Shown here one piece after another: positions 34,602 through 44,409 of a stretch of 64,000 bases of DNA; position 1 is the first letter of the stretch; each line of letters opens with the position of its first letter. The notes under the pieces were generated by a model. The model worked only from the letters and a program-made list of their open reading frames with translations. It was not told the DNA's origin and searched no databases. The translations under genes and the position numbers were made by a program. This stretch comes from a virus, in the IMG/VR virus record IMGVR_UViG_3300037420_000510, positions 325 through 64,324 of that record. One strand, 5' to 3'.

Positions 34602-34838
34602 ATGAGCGGTCCCATCGACGCATATCGCGCCCAGATCATCCGCGCAGTCGTGAGCCGGAAGCCGATCGCCGTCGAGGATATCGCCGCGCTCGATCGCATC
34701 TGCCAGCGCTTGGTCGAAGCAGAGGAGGCGCACGAGATCCTGCGCTCGCTTGGCTACGGCAAGGCATGGAATAGCCTCTCCGAGCTCGCGCAGCTGGTCC
34801 CGCACTCGACCGCGATGCTGATCCGCCCGCAGAAGTAG
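34602..34838 (+). CDS. Hypothetical protein
   Basis: MSGPIDAYRAQII... Confidence 0.55.
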   Translation: MSGPIDAYRAQIIRAVVSRKPIAVEDIAALDRICQRLVEAEEAHEILRSLGYGKAWNSLSELAQLVPHSTAMLIRPQK

Positions 34839-34843
34839 GCGAC

Positions 34844-35119
34844 ATGGACTTCGACAACCTGTTCGCCCTCTACGAGAGGAACAAGGCGAACGCCGATAGG
34901 CGCGGCATCGGCTACACGCTGACGTTCAAGCAATGGCTCGAGGTTTGGGGCCCGAACATCCTCGACGAGCACCGCGGCACGGGCGACGACCGCCTGCGCC
35001 TGGAGCGCATCGACAAGACCGGCATCTTCGAAGCGGGGAACGTGCAACTGGCGCGCAGAGTGAAGCGCGGCCAGATACGTCGCTTGATGCGGGCGCTTGA
35101 GCGAGAGCTCGCGCAGTAA
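34844..35119 (+). CDS. Hypothetical protein, possible degenerate endonuclease fold
   Basis: RRGIGYTLTFKQWLEVW...RIDKTGIFEAGNV. Confidence 0.6.
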   Translation: MDFDNLFALYERNKANADRRGIGYTLTFKQWLEVWGPNILDEHRGTGDDRLRLERIDKTGIFEAGNVQLARRVKRGQIRRLMRALERELAQ

Positions 35120-35289
35120 CGAACACATGCGGGGACCGCCAGCGCACTCCCAGTGGCGGGAACGAATAACGGGTGCAAGCTCCGATGAGCAAAGGGCGGA
35201 ATGGTTCTCCCCTGCAGCTGGATCGCAGGTCTGACCGTCGCAGGCGGGGCTGATTTACAAGAAACCTTAATGTCCGCGCGGGCTGGCAT

Positions 35290-35493
35290 TCAACCTTTGC
35301 AGGCGCCGCTCGAAATCGCCGCATCGCGCAGCGCGAGTAGCGCCCCGAGATACGCGGGAATCCAGGGCGGAACGGGTGTGCTGCCAGTCGCCCACGCATT
35401 TACCGATTGCGTGCTGATGCCGGTGCGGCGCGCAAGCTCCGCCTGAGTCCAGTGCAGCGCCTTGAGCGCGGAAATCAATTCGGCCGGTTTCAT
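35290..35493 (-). CDS. XRE-family HTH protein
   Basis: WTQAELARRTGISTQSVNAWATG. Confidence 0.75.
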   Translation of the reverse strand: MKPAELISALKALHWTQAELARRTGISTQSVNAWATGSTPVPPWIPAYLGALLALRDAAISSGACKG

Positions 35494-35514
35494 AGGTTGA
35501 TTGCGTTGAGTTGT

Positions 35515-35823
35515 TCAAGCGAACAGGTTGTTGATTTCGGAGCTTTTGCGGGCGCTGTCAGATGCCTTGGCCACAGCGGCAGAGGCGCAGCGCTCGGCAT
35601 ATGCCTTGGCCTTAGCCATCAAGCTGCGCGCATCGTCGATGGAGATTTTCTCCAGGCCGTTGTGCGGCACGAACTTATACAGCTGCTCGTTGCGACGCAG
35701 GATGTACGCATCGGGAGCGTAGTCGCCCGGGGTTGCGATCTTCGCCATGACGACGAGACCCGACAGGAAGCCGACTTTGACAGTTTGGCCGATTTCCCAT
35801 GCTTGCTTGGACTTGGTGATCAT
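35515..35823 (-). CDS. Conserved hypothetical phage protein
   Basis: WEIGQTVKVGFL...PDAYIL...FVPHNGLEKI. Confidence 0.65.
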   Translation of the reverse strand: MITKSKQAWEIGQTVKVGFLSGLVVMAKIATPGDYAPDAYILRRNEQLYKFVPHNGLEKISIDDARSLMAKAKAYAERCASAAVAKASDSARKSSEINNLFA

Positions 35824-35958
35824 GGCGTTCTCCTTGAGTGGGTGAGTGCTGCGTCGATGAGTTCATAATACACCTTGCTTTAATAAATTCAAGCGAAATC
35901 TTCAAGTATGTTGAATGTTTTTTGGTTCTCGCATACGAGGAGTCGCTAACCCGACACC

Positions 35959-36693
35959 ATGGCCCTCACCCCCAAACAGCAGCGCTTCGTCGACGAGTAC
36001 CTCCTCGACTTGAACGCGACCCAGGCAGCTATTCGCGCCGGGTATAGCACGAAGCGCGCTGACGCCATGGGGCATGAGAACCTGAGAAAACCCGAGATTT
36101 CAGCCGCTATTACCGCAGCCATGAAGGCGCGTGAGGAGCGCACCGAGATCACGCAGGACATGGTGCTCCAGCGTTTCTGGCAGATCGCCACCGCTGACGC
36201 GAACGACCTTGTTCAGTACCGTCGCAACTGTTGCCGTCACTGCTGGGGCATCGATCACTTTTACCATTGGACGGAAGCGGAATTCGAGGCTGCCAAGATC
36301 GAGGCGGCGAAGAAGAACAACGCCGAGCCGACCTGCGAAGGTGGTTTCGGCTTCGACAAGCTCAAGGCCGCGAATCCCGAGTGCCCCGAGTGTAAGGGCG
36401 AGGGCAAGGGCTCGATGCACGTGCAGGACACGCGCAACCTGAAGGGCGGCGCCAGGCTGATGTACGCCGGCGTGAAGCTCGGCAAGGATGGACTGGAGGT
36501 CAAGATGCACGACCAGATGGCGGCGCTGGAAAAAGTCGCTCGCCACCTTGGCATGTTCAAGGACCGCACCGAAATCAGCGGCCCGAACGGCGGCCCGATC
36601 CAGACCGAATCCCGAAAACTGCAGGACATGACCGACGATGAACTCCTTGCCATCGCAACAGGCCGCGGCGAAGGAACTTCTGATCCGGCGTAG
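35959..36693 (+). CDS. Terminase small subunit (with Cys-rich insertion)
   Basis: LTPKQQRFVDEYLLDLNATQAAIRAGYS; CRHC and CPEC. Confidence 0.92.
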   Translation: MALTPKQQRFVDEYLLDLNATQAAIRAGYSTKRADAMGHENLRKPEISAAITAAMKAREERTEITQDMVLQRFWQIATADANDLVQYRRNCCRHCWGIDHFYHWTEAEFEAAKIEAAKKNNAEPTCEGGFGFDKLKAANPECPECKGEGKGSMHVQDTRNLKGGARLMYAGVKLGKDGLEVKMHDQMAALEKVARHLGMFKDRTEISGPNGGPIQTESRKLQDMTDDELLAIATGRGEGTSDPA

Positions 36694-38110
36694 GGCGCGC
36701 GAGAGCATCCTGCACTACGTCAATGCGATCGACGTTCCAGGTCGGCCGGTTGGCGATGATCCAGATAGCGAGATTTTCGAGCCGGTCGAAACGACGATCG
36801 CGCACCATCACCGACTGCTGCTGGAAAAGCTCGACGCGGTAAGCAAGTTGCGACACGGACGCATGATGATCTTCATGCCGCCTGGAAGCGCGAAATCGAC
36901 GTATGCGTCGGTCGTGTTCCCGTCGAAGTACTTGGGCGAGCAGGGTGGCCGGAAGCTGATCCTGGCGAGCTATGGCGACGATCTGGCGCGCAAGATGGGG
37001 CGCCGCACTCGGTCGATTCTTCGGCAGGCGCGATACAAGGGCGTTTTCAATACGCAGCTCGCGAACGAATCGCAGGCCGCGCAGGAATTCGCGTTAACCA
37101 ACGGCAGCGAATACATGGCGTGCGGCATCCTGTCCGGCATCACCGGTAACCGCGCCAACGGCATCATCATCGATGACCCGATCAAGGGCCGCGAACAGGC
37201 CAATTCTGAGACGGTCCGCGCGAAAACGTGGGATGCGTACGAGGACGACCTGAAGACCCGTCTCATTCCAGGCGGTTGGATTGTGTTGATCCAGACCCGA
37301 TGGCACGAGGATGACATCGCCGGCCGCATTCTGCCGTCGGACTGGAAGGGCGAAAGCGGGCGCATCCTGTGCAAGGACGGCAACGAGTGGGAGGTGCTGT
37401 GCCTCCAGGCGCGATGCGAGGTCGATAACGACCCGCTTGACCGGAAGCAGGGCGAGTATCTCTGGCCGGAATGGTTCGATCGCAAGCACTGGGCGCAGTT
37501 CGAACAGAACGCGCGCACCTGGGCGGCGCTGTATCAGCAGCGGCCGACACCGCTCGACGGCGATCTGTTCAAGCCGGATCAGATCAGCGTGATAGATGCA
37601 CTGCCGGAAGGGCAAATCCAGTGGGTGCGCGGTTGGGACTTGGCGAGCACGACGGACGGCGACTACACCGCCGGCGTGAAGCTTGGCCGACTGCCCGACA
37701 ACCGTTTCATCATCGCCGATGTCGTTCGATTGCGCGTGGGCCCGGAACTCCGTGACGCGGCGCTGGTGAACACCGCGGCGCTGGATGGCAAAAAGACGAA
37801 GCAGAGTATTCCGCAAGACCCTGGGCAGGCCGGCAAGACGCAAGTTCTGTACCTCACTCGCTCGTTGGTTGGATACACCGTCGTCACGTCGCCAGAGACC
37901 GGCGACAAGGTCACGCGCGCTGAGCCAGTAGCGGCGCAGGTCAACGTAGGTAACGTCTCGATGTTGCGCGGCGACTGGAATCTCGCGTTCATCAACGAGC
38001 TTCGCGCTTTCCCGAATGGGGCGAACGACGACCAAGTGGACGGCCTATCGCGCGCCTTTGCCGAATTGATCGTGCAGCGCGTCGCCACAGTCACCCCGCT
38101 GCGAATGTAA
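36638..38110 (+). CDS. Terminase large subunit
   Basis: MPPGSAKST, IIIDDPIKG, QTRWHEDD, WDLA, DDQVDGLSRA. Confidence 0.95.
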   Translation: MNSLPSQQAAAKELLIRRRARESILHYVNAIDVPGRPVGDDPDSEIFEPVETTIAHHHRLLLEKLDAVSKLRHGRMMIFMPPGSAKSTYASVVFPSKYLGEQGGRKLILASYGDDLARKMGRRTRSILRQARYKGVFNTQLANESQAAQEFALTNGSEYMACGILSGITGNRANGIIIDDPIKGREQANSETVRAKTWDAYEDDLKTRLIPGGWIVLIQTRWHEDDIAGRILPSDWKGESGRILCKDGNEWEVLCLQARCEVDNDPLDRKQGEYLWPEWFDRKHWAQFEQNARTWAALYQQRPTPLDGDLFKPDQISVIDALPEGQIQWVRGWDLASTTDGDYTAGVKLGRLPDNRFIIADVVRLRVGPELRDAALVNTAALDGKKTKQSIPQDPGQAGKTQVLYLTRSLVGYTVVTSPETGDKVTRAEPVAAQVNVGNVSMLRGDWNLAFINELRAFPNGANDDQVDGLSRAFAELIVQRVATVTPLRM

Positions 38111-38119
38111 AAGGAAATC

Positions 38120-39496
38120 ATGAGCGACGTCAGCACAAAGACCAGTTCCGTCACGGCGATGGAGCCGGATTGGGAATTGGCGCGCGCGCTGCTCGGTGGA
38201 ACCAGGGCGATGCGCGAGGCAGGGCAGAAGTATCTGCCGAAGTGGCCGAACGAGGATCAGCGGGCGTACGACTGCCGCCTGGCATCCGCCGTGCTGTTCC
38301 CGGCTTACAAGCGCACGGTCGACACGCTGACCGGCAAGCCGTTTGCCGAGCCGATCACGTTGGGCGATGACGTGCCGGCCAATATCGCCGAGTGGACGAA
38401 GGACATCGACCTGCGTGGCCGGAACATCGATGCATTCGCCGCCGACCTGATGGAATCCGCGCTCGGGTATGGCATCGGCGGCATCCTCGTTGACTACCCG
38501 AAGACGCAGGATCAGGACGGCAGGCTGCTTTACCCCACGCGCGCAGCGGAAATCGCCGCGGGCGTGCGACCGTACTTCATCCAGATCCATCCCTGGCAGG
38601 TGCTTGGATGGCGCGACGAGTACCAGGACGGCATGTGGAAGTTGACCCAGCTCCGCCTGATGGAGTGCGTCGACGAGCCGGATGGCGAATACGGCGTGAA
38701 GTCGGTCAACCAGGTGCGCGTGCTGACGCCCGGCGCCTGGGAAGTCCACCGCCAGAACGAGAATAAGGAATGGGCTCTCTACGACAGCGGAACGACGAGC
38801 CTGGACATCATCCCGTTTGTCCCAGTTTATGGCCAGCGCACGGGCTTCATGACAGGACGGCCGCCGCTGATCGAGGTGGCGAACCTCAACGTCGCGCATT
38901 GGCAGTGCGCCAGCGACCAGCAGACCATTCTGCACATGGCGCGGGTGCCGATCCTGGCCGTCATCGGCGTCGACGACGATTTCGAGATGACTGTCGGCGC
39001 CGCCAGCGCGGTCAAGATCCCGACCGGCGGCGACATGAAGTGGGTCGAGCACACGGGTAAGGCGATCGACGCGGGCGCCAACGAGCTGGAGTCCATCGAA
39101 GAGCGCATGCGCCAGTCGGGCGCCGAGTTGCTGGTTCTGCGTCCGGGGAAGATCACGGCGACGCAGACCGCCACCGAGAATGCGGTCGGCATGTGCGCGT
39201 TGCATCGAGTCGCCAACAACATCGAGGACGCGATCAATCAAGGGCTGCATATAAAGGCACAGTGGGTTGGCGAGACGTCGGGCGGCAGCGTACGGCTGTT
39301 CAAAGATTTCGGTGCCGCTTCGCTCGCTGATGCATCGACGCAGATCCTGCTGGACTCCGCCAAGGAGCGCAAGATTAGCGACAAGACGTTTTTTGCCGAG
39401 ATGCAGCGTCGTGGGATCGTATCGGCAGACATCGATTGGCAGGACGAGAAAAAGCTGATTGATGCCCAAACACCGGCCGTGCCGACGCCGCAATGA
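38120..39496 (+). CDS. Portal protein (DUF4055-like)
   Basis: LLGGTRAMREAGQKYLPKWPNE; follows terL. Confidence 0.88.
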   Translation: MSDVSTKTSSVTAMEPDWELARALLGGTRAMREAGQKYLPKWPNEDQRAYDCRLASAVLFPAYKRTVDTLTGKPFAEPITLGDDVPANIAEWTKDIDLRGRNIDAFAADLMESALGYGIGGILVDYPKTQDQDGRLLYPTRAAEIAAGVRPYFIQIHPWQVLGWRDEYQDGMWKLTQLRLMECVDEPDGEYGVKSVNQVRVLTPGAWEVHRQNENKEWALYDSGTTSLDIIPFVPVYGQRTGFMTGRPPLIEVANLNVAHWQCASDQQTILHMARVPILAVIGVDDDFEMTVGAASAVKIPTGGDMKWVEHTGKAIDAGANELESIEERMRQSGAELLVLRPGKITATQTATENAVGMCALHRVANNIEDAINQGLHIKAQWVGETSGGSVRLFKDFGAASLADASTQILLDSAKERKISDKTFFAEMQRRGIVSADIDWQDEKKLIDAQTPAVPTPQ

Positions 39497-39534
39497 CGAA
39501 CCAGACGAAATAGGCAGTAACACGGAACACCAAG

Positions 39535-39624
39535 GCCACCCTGGCAACCAGGTGGCTTTTTTCATGCCGCTAGCGGACGCGATGCGGTGCACGGCCGGAA
39601 GGCCACCTTGATGGGCGGATGCCC
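39535..39624 (+). promoter_or_regulatory. Terminator-like hairpin plus GGA-loop hairpins in the scaffold leader
   Basis: GCCACCCTGG-CAA-CCAGGTGGC T6, then GC-GGAC-GC, GGCC-GGAA-GGCC, GGGC-GGAT-GCCC. Confidence 0.6.
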
Positions 39625-39637
39625 GGGAAGTCTGATA

Positions 39638-40405
39638 ATGCCATTTAAATTTAATGCCGACGGCACCATCGCAGTGGATGCCGAGAAGAAGCTACCAATT
39701 TTTGTCTACGCTGACGGCCGCGAAGCCGCGTTCGACGCGGACAACACGATCGCGACGATCGGCCGGCTCAACGGGGAAGCTCGATCCCACAGAGAAGCGA
39801 AGGAAGCGGCCGAGGCCAAGTTGAAAGGCTTCGAGGGGATCGAGAATCCCGACGACGCTCGCAAGGCACTGGAGACCGTCAAGAACATCAAGGACGGCGA
39901 GTTGATCACCGCCGGCAAAGTCCAGGAAATCAAGGATGCTGCTGCGGCATCCGCAAAGCAGGCCGTAGCCGAGGCCACCCGCGCCGCTGAAGCGCGCGAA
40001 AAGGCGCAGGGCGAAGAGATCGCCAAGCTGACCGGTCAGCTGAATAGCCACATCATCGGTGGCAGCTTCGCTGGCTCCAAGTTCATCGCTGACAAGTTGG
40101 CCATCCCTGCGGACATCGCGCAAAAGGTATTCGGCGAGCGCTTCAAGGTCGATAACGGCAAGCTGATCGCCCTCGGCGCCGACGGCAACCCGATCTTTTC
40201 CGCGACCCGCCACGGCGAACACGCCGATTTCGAAGAAGCCATCCAGGTGATGGTCGGCGCGTACACGCATAAGGATTCGATCCTGAAGGGCTCCGGCGCT
40301 TCCGGCAGCGGCGCGCACCAAGGCGCCGGCGGAGGTGGCGGCAAAGACCTGTCCGGCCTGTCGCCAGTCGAGCGCATGAACGCCGCGCGCTCACAAGCCA
40401 AGTAA
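39638..40405 (+). CDS. Capsid scaffold-like protein (DUF6651-like)
   Basis: Ala/Glu/Lys-rich; GSGASGSG tail; position before the MCP. Confidence 0.75.
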   Translation: MPFKFNADGTIAVDAEKKLPIFVYADGREAAFDADNTIATIGRLNGEARSHREAKEAAEAKLKGFEGIENPDDARKALETVKNIKDGELITAGKVQEIKDAAAASAKQAVAEATRAAEAREKAQGEEIAKLTGQLNSHIIGGSFAGSKFIADKLAIPADIAQKVFGERFKVDNGKLIALGADGNPIFSATRHGEHADFEEAIQVMVGAYTHKDSILKGSGASGSGAHQGAGGGGGKDLSGLSPVERMNAARSQAK

Positions 40406-40433
40406 GAACACCCCTTGCAGGACAGTAGTTAGC

Positions 40434-40510
40434 GGGCCGCCCCAGGCAACTCGGGCGGCCCTTTTCATTGCCGCGACTCGGATGACGAGCGGTGCACAGG
40501 CCGGATAGCC
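40434..40510 (+). promoter_or_regulatory. Paralogous terminator plus GGA-loop element in the capsid leader
   Basis: GGGCCGCCC...GGGCGGCCC TTTT CATT GCCGC..GGAT..GCGGT GCACA GGCC-GGAT-AGCC. Confidence 0.6.
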
Positions 40511-40561
40511 AATACACAGCAAACCCACCCGTCCGCGAATGCGGCAAAGAAAGGAAATAAC

Positions 40562-41488
40562 ATGGCTCTGACTCTTGTCGAAGCAGCGAAGCTGGTTTCT
40601 GGCGATGTGCTGCGTTCCGCAATCATCGAACTGTATGCCGGCTCGTCCAGCATCCTGATGAACCTGCCGTTCGAGAACATCAGCGGCAACGCCCTGAAAT
40701 ACAACCGCGAAAGCTCGCTGCCTGGCGTCGGCTTCCGTGGCGTGAACGAGTCCTACACGCCATCCACCGGCATCCTGAACCCGATCACCGAATCGCTGGT
40801 GATCGCCGGCGGCGACCTGGACGTGGACAAGTTCATCATCGACACCATGGGCGCCAACCAGCGTTCCGTGCACGAAGCGATGAAGATCCGCGCGCTGTCG
40901 CTGGCCTGGACCCGCAAGTTCATCAAGGGCGACACCGCCTCCGATTCTCGCGAGTTCGATGGCTTGCAAGTGCGCGTGACTGGCGAGCAGCTGATCGCCG
41001 CAGGTTCGACCGCCAACGGCTCCGCGTTGTCGCTGGCGAAGCTGGACGAGGCGATCGACCAGACGCTGAACCCGACGCACCTGATCATGAACAAAGCCAT
41101 GGTGCGCCGCCTGACCACGGCGGCACGCACCTACACCATTGGCGGCTTCGTGACCTACGACAAGGACGCGTTCGGTCGTCCGGTGACCAAGTACAACGAC
41201 CTGCCGATCCTGACGGTCGACCTGGATCACACCAACACCGCCATCCTGCCGTTCACCGAGGCTTGCACTTCCGGTACCGCAACCGGCACCTCGATCTACG
41301 TGGTCAGCATGGGCAACGAAGGCCTGGTCGGTCTGCAAAACGGCAACATCGACGTCCGCGACCTGGGCGAACTGCAAACCGCGCCTGTGTTCCGCACCCG
41401 CGTCGAATGGTACAACGGCATCGCTGCCTTCAATGGCCGTGCGGTGACGCGTCTGTGGTCCATCGCTGACGCCGCCGTCGTCGCCTAA
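40562..41488 (+). CDS. Major capsid protein
   Basis: MALTLVEAAK...LPGVGFRGVNE...GGDLDVDKFI; strongly biased codon usage. Confidence 0.9.
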   Translation: MALTLVEAAKLVSGDVLRSAIIELYAGSSSILMNLPFENISGNALKYNRESSLPGVGFRGVNESYTPSTGILNPITESLVIAGGDLDVDKFIIDTMGANQRSVHEAMKIRALSLAWTRKFIKGDTASDSREFDGLQVRVTGEQLIAAGSTANGSALSLAKLDEAIDQTLNPTHLIMNKAMVRRLTTAARTYTIGGFVTYDKDAFGRPVTKYNDLPILTVDLDHTNTAILPFTEACTSGTATGTSIYVVSMGNEGLVGLQNGNIDVRDLGELQTAPVFRTRVEWYNGIAAFNGRAVTRLWSIADAAVVA

Positions 41489-41511
41489 CCGCCAACTGAA
41501 AGGAAAGCATC

Positions 41512-41928
41512 ATGGCAAATCTGTACTCGCAATTCACCTACGACAACGCGCTGCTGCTGAAAGCGGCGGGTCTGGTTGCGTCCACCACCACCGAGTCCAC
41601 GATCCTCGATCTGGGCGCCGGCCTGGTGGATGGCTATCTCGTGCTGGACGTCTCGGCTGTCGAAGTGGCCTCCAACGACGAAATTTACCTCGTCTGCCTG
41701 GAAGGCTCCAACGTGGCCGCCATGACGTCCGGTTCCGTGACCCTGGCTCAGATCGAACTGGGCAACGCCACCGCGCCGGCCGATGCCGACACCGGTACCG
41801 GCCGCTTCGTGGTCCCGTTCCGCAACGAGCAGAACGGCACGATCTACCGCTACGTGCGCATCTACACGGAAGTGGCCGGCACGATCGCCACCGGCATTAA
41901 CTTCGTGGCCTTCATCGCCAAGGACTGA
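41512..41928 (+). CDS. Capsid decoration/cement-like protein
   Basis: beta-rich 138 aa, YRYVRIY; directly after the MCP. Confidence 0.65.
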   Translation: MANLYSQFTYDNALLLKAAGLVASTTTESTILDLGAGLVDGYLVLDVSAVEVASNDEIYLVCLEGSNVAAMTSGSVTLAQIELGNATAPADADTGTGRFVVPFRNEQNGTIYRYVRIYTEVAGTIATGINFVAFIAKD

Positions 41929-41930
41929 TC

Positions 41931-42575
41931 GTGACCGATCGCTACATCGAGGCGGAAGTCGCAGTCAACGAGAACGTCGTCCAACGGCGTCGCGTTCTGC
42001 TGTCTGATGCCGGCGATACGCCAACCACGACCGCAGCAGGGGTCGGGTTGGTGCCTGCGGCCCTGGCGCAGTCCGGCCAGGTGGTCGCAACCGAATACGG
42101 CAACGGCGTCGTCCATCAGACCGTGCTGACGCTGGCAGCATTGGCGCAAGCGGTGGTCAATGGCACCGAGTATCAGGGCACGAAGATCTATTCGTTCCCC
42201 GAGGGCCGTATTCTCGTTCTGGGTGTCACAGCGTCCCTGGCGCCCACCACGACCAGCGCGATTGCGGGCACGCTGAATTCTGGCGTGACTGGCGCAGTCG
42301 CCGTTGGTACTGCCGCCGCGTCCAACGTATCGCTCACGTCAACGATGGTCGATCTGCTGCCTTCGACCGCGTTTGTCACCTCCACAGTGATCAACGAGCC
42401 AGCCGCGGCGGTTGGCGCAGCATTGGCAGCATCGGCGCACTTTGACGGGCACTCGACCCACAAGGACGTCTATCTGAACTCGGCTTTCGCGACGACGACG
42501 GATGTGGACGCGGATGCGACGATGACGTGGGCCGGCAACATCACGATCACCTGGGTTTATCTGGGCGATTACTAA
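41931..42575 (+). CDS. Putative virion structural protein
   Basis: Ala/Thr/Gly-rich, beta-rich; head module. Confidence 0.6.
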   Translation: MTDRYIEAEVAVNENVVQRRRVLLSDAGDTPTTTAAGVGLVPAALAQSGQVVATEYGNGVVHQTVLTLAALAQAVVNGTEYQGTKIYSFPEGRILVLGVTASLAPTTTSAIAGTLNSGVTGAVAVGTAAASNVSLTSTMVDLLPSTAFVTSTVINEPAAAVGAALAASAHFDGHSTHKDVYLNSAFATTTDVDADATMTWAGNITITWVYLGDY

Positions 42576-42621
42576 CAGGTGGCGGGCGCAGGTTGCCCGC
42601 CATTTTCACAGGACAATCGAA

Positions 42622-42870
42622 ATGATGATGACCGTCTATGACCCGAGCGGTAAGGCCCACACCATCGAAGCGGTCGATGCGCGGGAATATCTGAAGTCGG
42701 GCCACTACACCAGCGAACCGCCGGAAGTCTCGGGCGCCAACGATGCGGCCGGCGCTACCGAATCGCCCGCCAGCGCCACCGATGCGCCAGCCGACACCAT
42801 CGAAGCGGTCGATGCGCCAGCGGCCGACAAGCCTGGTCGTCCCGGTCGCAAGTCGAAGACGGTCGAATAG
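42622..42870 (+). CDS. Hypothetical protein (internal 22-bp direct repeat 42661/42796)
   Basis: TIEAVDA occurs twice. Confidence 0.6.
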   Translation: MMMTVYDPSGKAHTIEAVDAREYLKSGHYTSEPPEVSGANDAAGATESPASATDAPADTIEAVDAPAADKPGRPGRKSKTVE

Positions 42871-42878
42871 GCCACACC

Positions 42879-43286
42879 ATGCTCACCGAATCCCAGAAGG
42901 TCAATGTCCGTCGCTGGGCCGGATATCCGGTCTCCGGTGACGCCAGCGTGGTGGTCTACTCGGACCCAGTGTATTTCCACGCCGGTCCTCGTGATGGCTT
43001 GAACGCGTTGACACTGGATGGTCGCCTGGACCACATGACCGAGAGCGAAGAAACCGTCCTGATCGATACGTTCTTGACACCGATCGCCGCGCTTGAAGCC
43101 GCAATCCTGACCGTCGGCGACAACCTCGACACGAACAAGGCGGCCGTCTGGGAGCGCAACGCCAACGAGCAGAGCGACCGCGAGCGGTTGTTCAAGTCGG
43201 TCTGCCGGCGCATGTGTGCGTTTCTCGGAGTGCCGCCTGGGCCTGGACTGGGCAGCGGCAATGGAATCAGTCTGGTGCGGGCATAA
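42879..43286 (+). CDS. Head-tail adaptor-like protein
   Basis: LTESQKVNVRRWAGYP...DTNKAAVWERN. Confidence 0.7.
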   Translation: MLTESQKVNVRRWAGYPVSGDASVVVYSDPVYFHAGPRDGLNALTLDGRLDHMTESEETVLIDTFLTPIAALEAAILTVGDNLDTNKAAVWERNANEQSDRERLFKSVCRRMCAFLGVPPGPGLGSGNGISLVRA

Positions 43287-43304
43287 CCTTTGGAAGGCCA
43301 ATCT

Positions 43305-43562
43305 ATGAATGCCGATACGCCGGATGACTGGACTCCTGAGCAAAATGAGCTGTTCGCGCGCCTGCATAAGCTGATGTCTGAGAGCCAGTCCATTTTCATG
43401 CATCCAAACGCCCCGCGCCTTGGCGGCGCCGAATGGGCGACTGTTGCATGGAATTCAGCATGGGCAGCGGCCGAAATGATCGGGCGTGATGGCGCGTTGA
43501 AATTCTGCGACTCGGAGACGGGCGAAGAGTTGGCGGCCGAGCGCACGGGAATGCTGCAATGA
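43305..43562 (+). CDS. Hypothetical protein
   Basis: FMHP...WATVAWNSAW. Confidence 0.55.
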   Translation: MNADTPDDWTPEQNELFARLHKLMSESQSIFMHPNAPRLGGAEWATVAWNSAWAAAEMIGRDGALKFCDSETGEELAAERTGMLQ

Positions 43563-44173
43563 TGACCGGTGCCCGCCTGCAGGGCCTCATCTACGCGGGC
43601 TATGCGAAGTTGGCGGCACGCCAGGGCTCGATGTACGACGTCTACCGCTTTGACGAGCCGATCGCCGTCACGGACGATATCTACAAGATCGCTCGCATCC
43701 CGGTCGCGCTGGCCGCCGAGAAGAAGTTTGCGATCCCGAACAAGTACCAGACCCCGACGTGGTACTGCTACGCCGACGGCCGCCTGCTACAGCCGCGCGA
43801 CATCCTGATCGGACCCGCGGGCACGTTCTACATCGGCGACATGCAGCCGAACCTGCCGATTCAGGCGGTTCAGACGAACCACGTGATCGCCATTGGCCGC
43901 GGCTCGTATGACGGCGGCGATCAGTCCATCGAGTTCTACGCCACGGGCATCCCGTGCTTCATGCAGTTCAAGCGCGAGGACATCAAGCAATCGCAGTACG
44001 CGACCACGATGGGACAGGCGATCACGCACTGGACCACGTTCATTCCGCTACCCGAGGGCACGCTGAAGCAGGACGACGTCGTGCAGGACGAGAACGGAAT
44101 CCGATACATCGTCGACGCGCCGGATTTCACCAGCATTGGCTACGTCGCGCACTTGAGGTTGATCACGATATGA
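43559..44173 (+). CDS. Head-closure-like virion protein
   Basis: Position in the neck module; beta-rich. Confidence 0.6.
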   Translation: MMTGARLQGLIYAGYAKLAARQGSMYDVYRFDEPIAVTDDIYKIARIPVALAAEKKFAIPNKYQTPTWYCYADGRLLQPRDILIGPAGTFYIGDMQPNLPIQAVQTNHVIAIGRGSYDGGDQSIEFYATGIPCFMQFKREDIKQSQYATTMGQAITHWTTFIPLPEGTLKQDDVVQDENGIRYIVDAPDFTSIGYVAHLRLITI

Positions 44174-44409
44174 CCAAAGCATGTGACCACGTTATCGGCG
44201 TCTATTCCGGTGGCGGTGAATTTGTCTACGCGTCGGAAGAGTCTGATGCGGGCGCACTTGCGCGGAAAGAATTCGATGAGTGGGCAAAAAACCCTCGTGC
44301 ATGGCCGTCCGTAGTAGCACAAGGTCGAGCAAAGACTGACCGTGAACTACTTGAAGAGAAGTGCGCGATGTTTTCGTTTTGCCCTGACTGCGGAGCGCCT
44401 CTCAAATGA
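44170..44409 (+). CDS. Small hypothetical protein with C-terminal CPxCG
   Basis: MTKACDH...FCPDCGAPLK; ATGA overlaps at both ends. Confidence 0.55.
   Translation: MTKACDHVIGVYSGGGEFVYASEESDAGALARKEFDEWAKNPRAWPSVVAQGRAKTDRELLEEKCAMFSFCPDCGAPLK

Noticed and set aside
38045-39592. 515-aa minus-strand ORF
   Set aside because: Antisense shadow of the portal gene
42661-42817. 22-bp direct repeat as a mobile-element target duplication
   Set aside because: In-frame intragenic duplication (TIEAVDA) with nothing mobile between the copies
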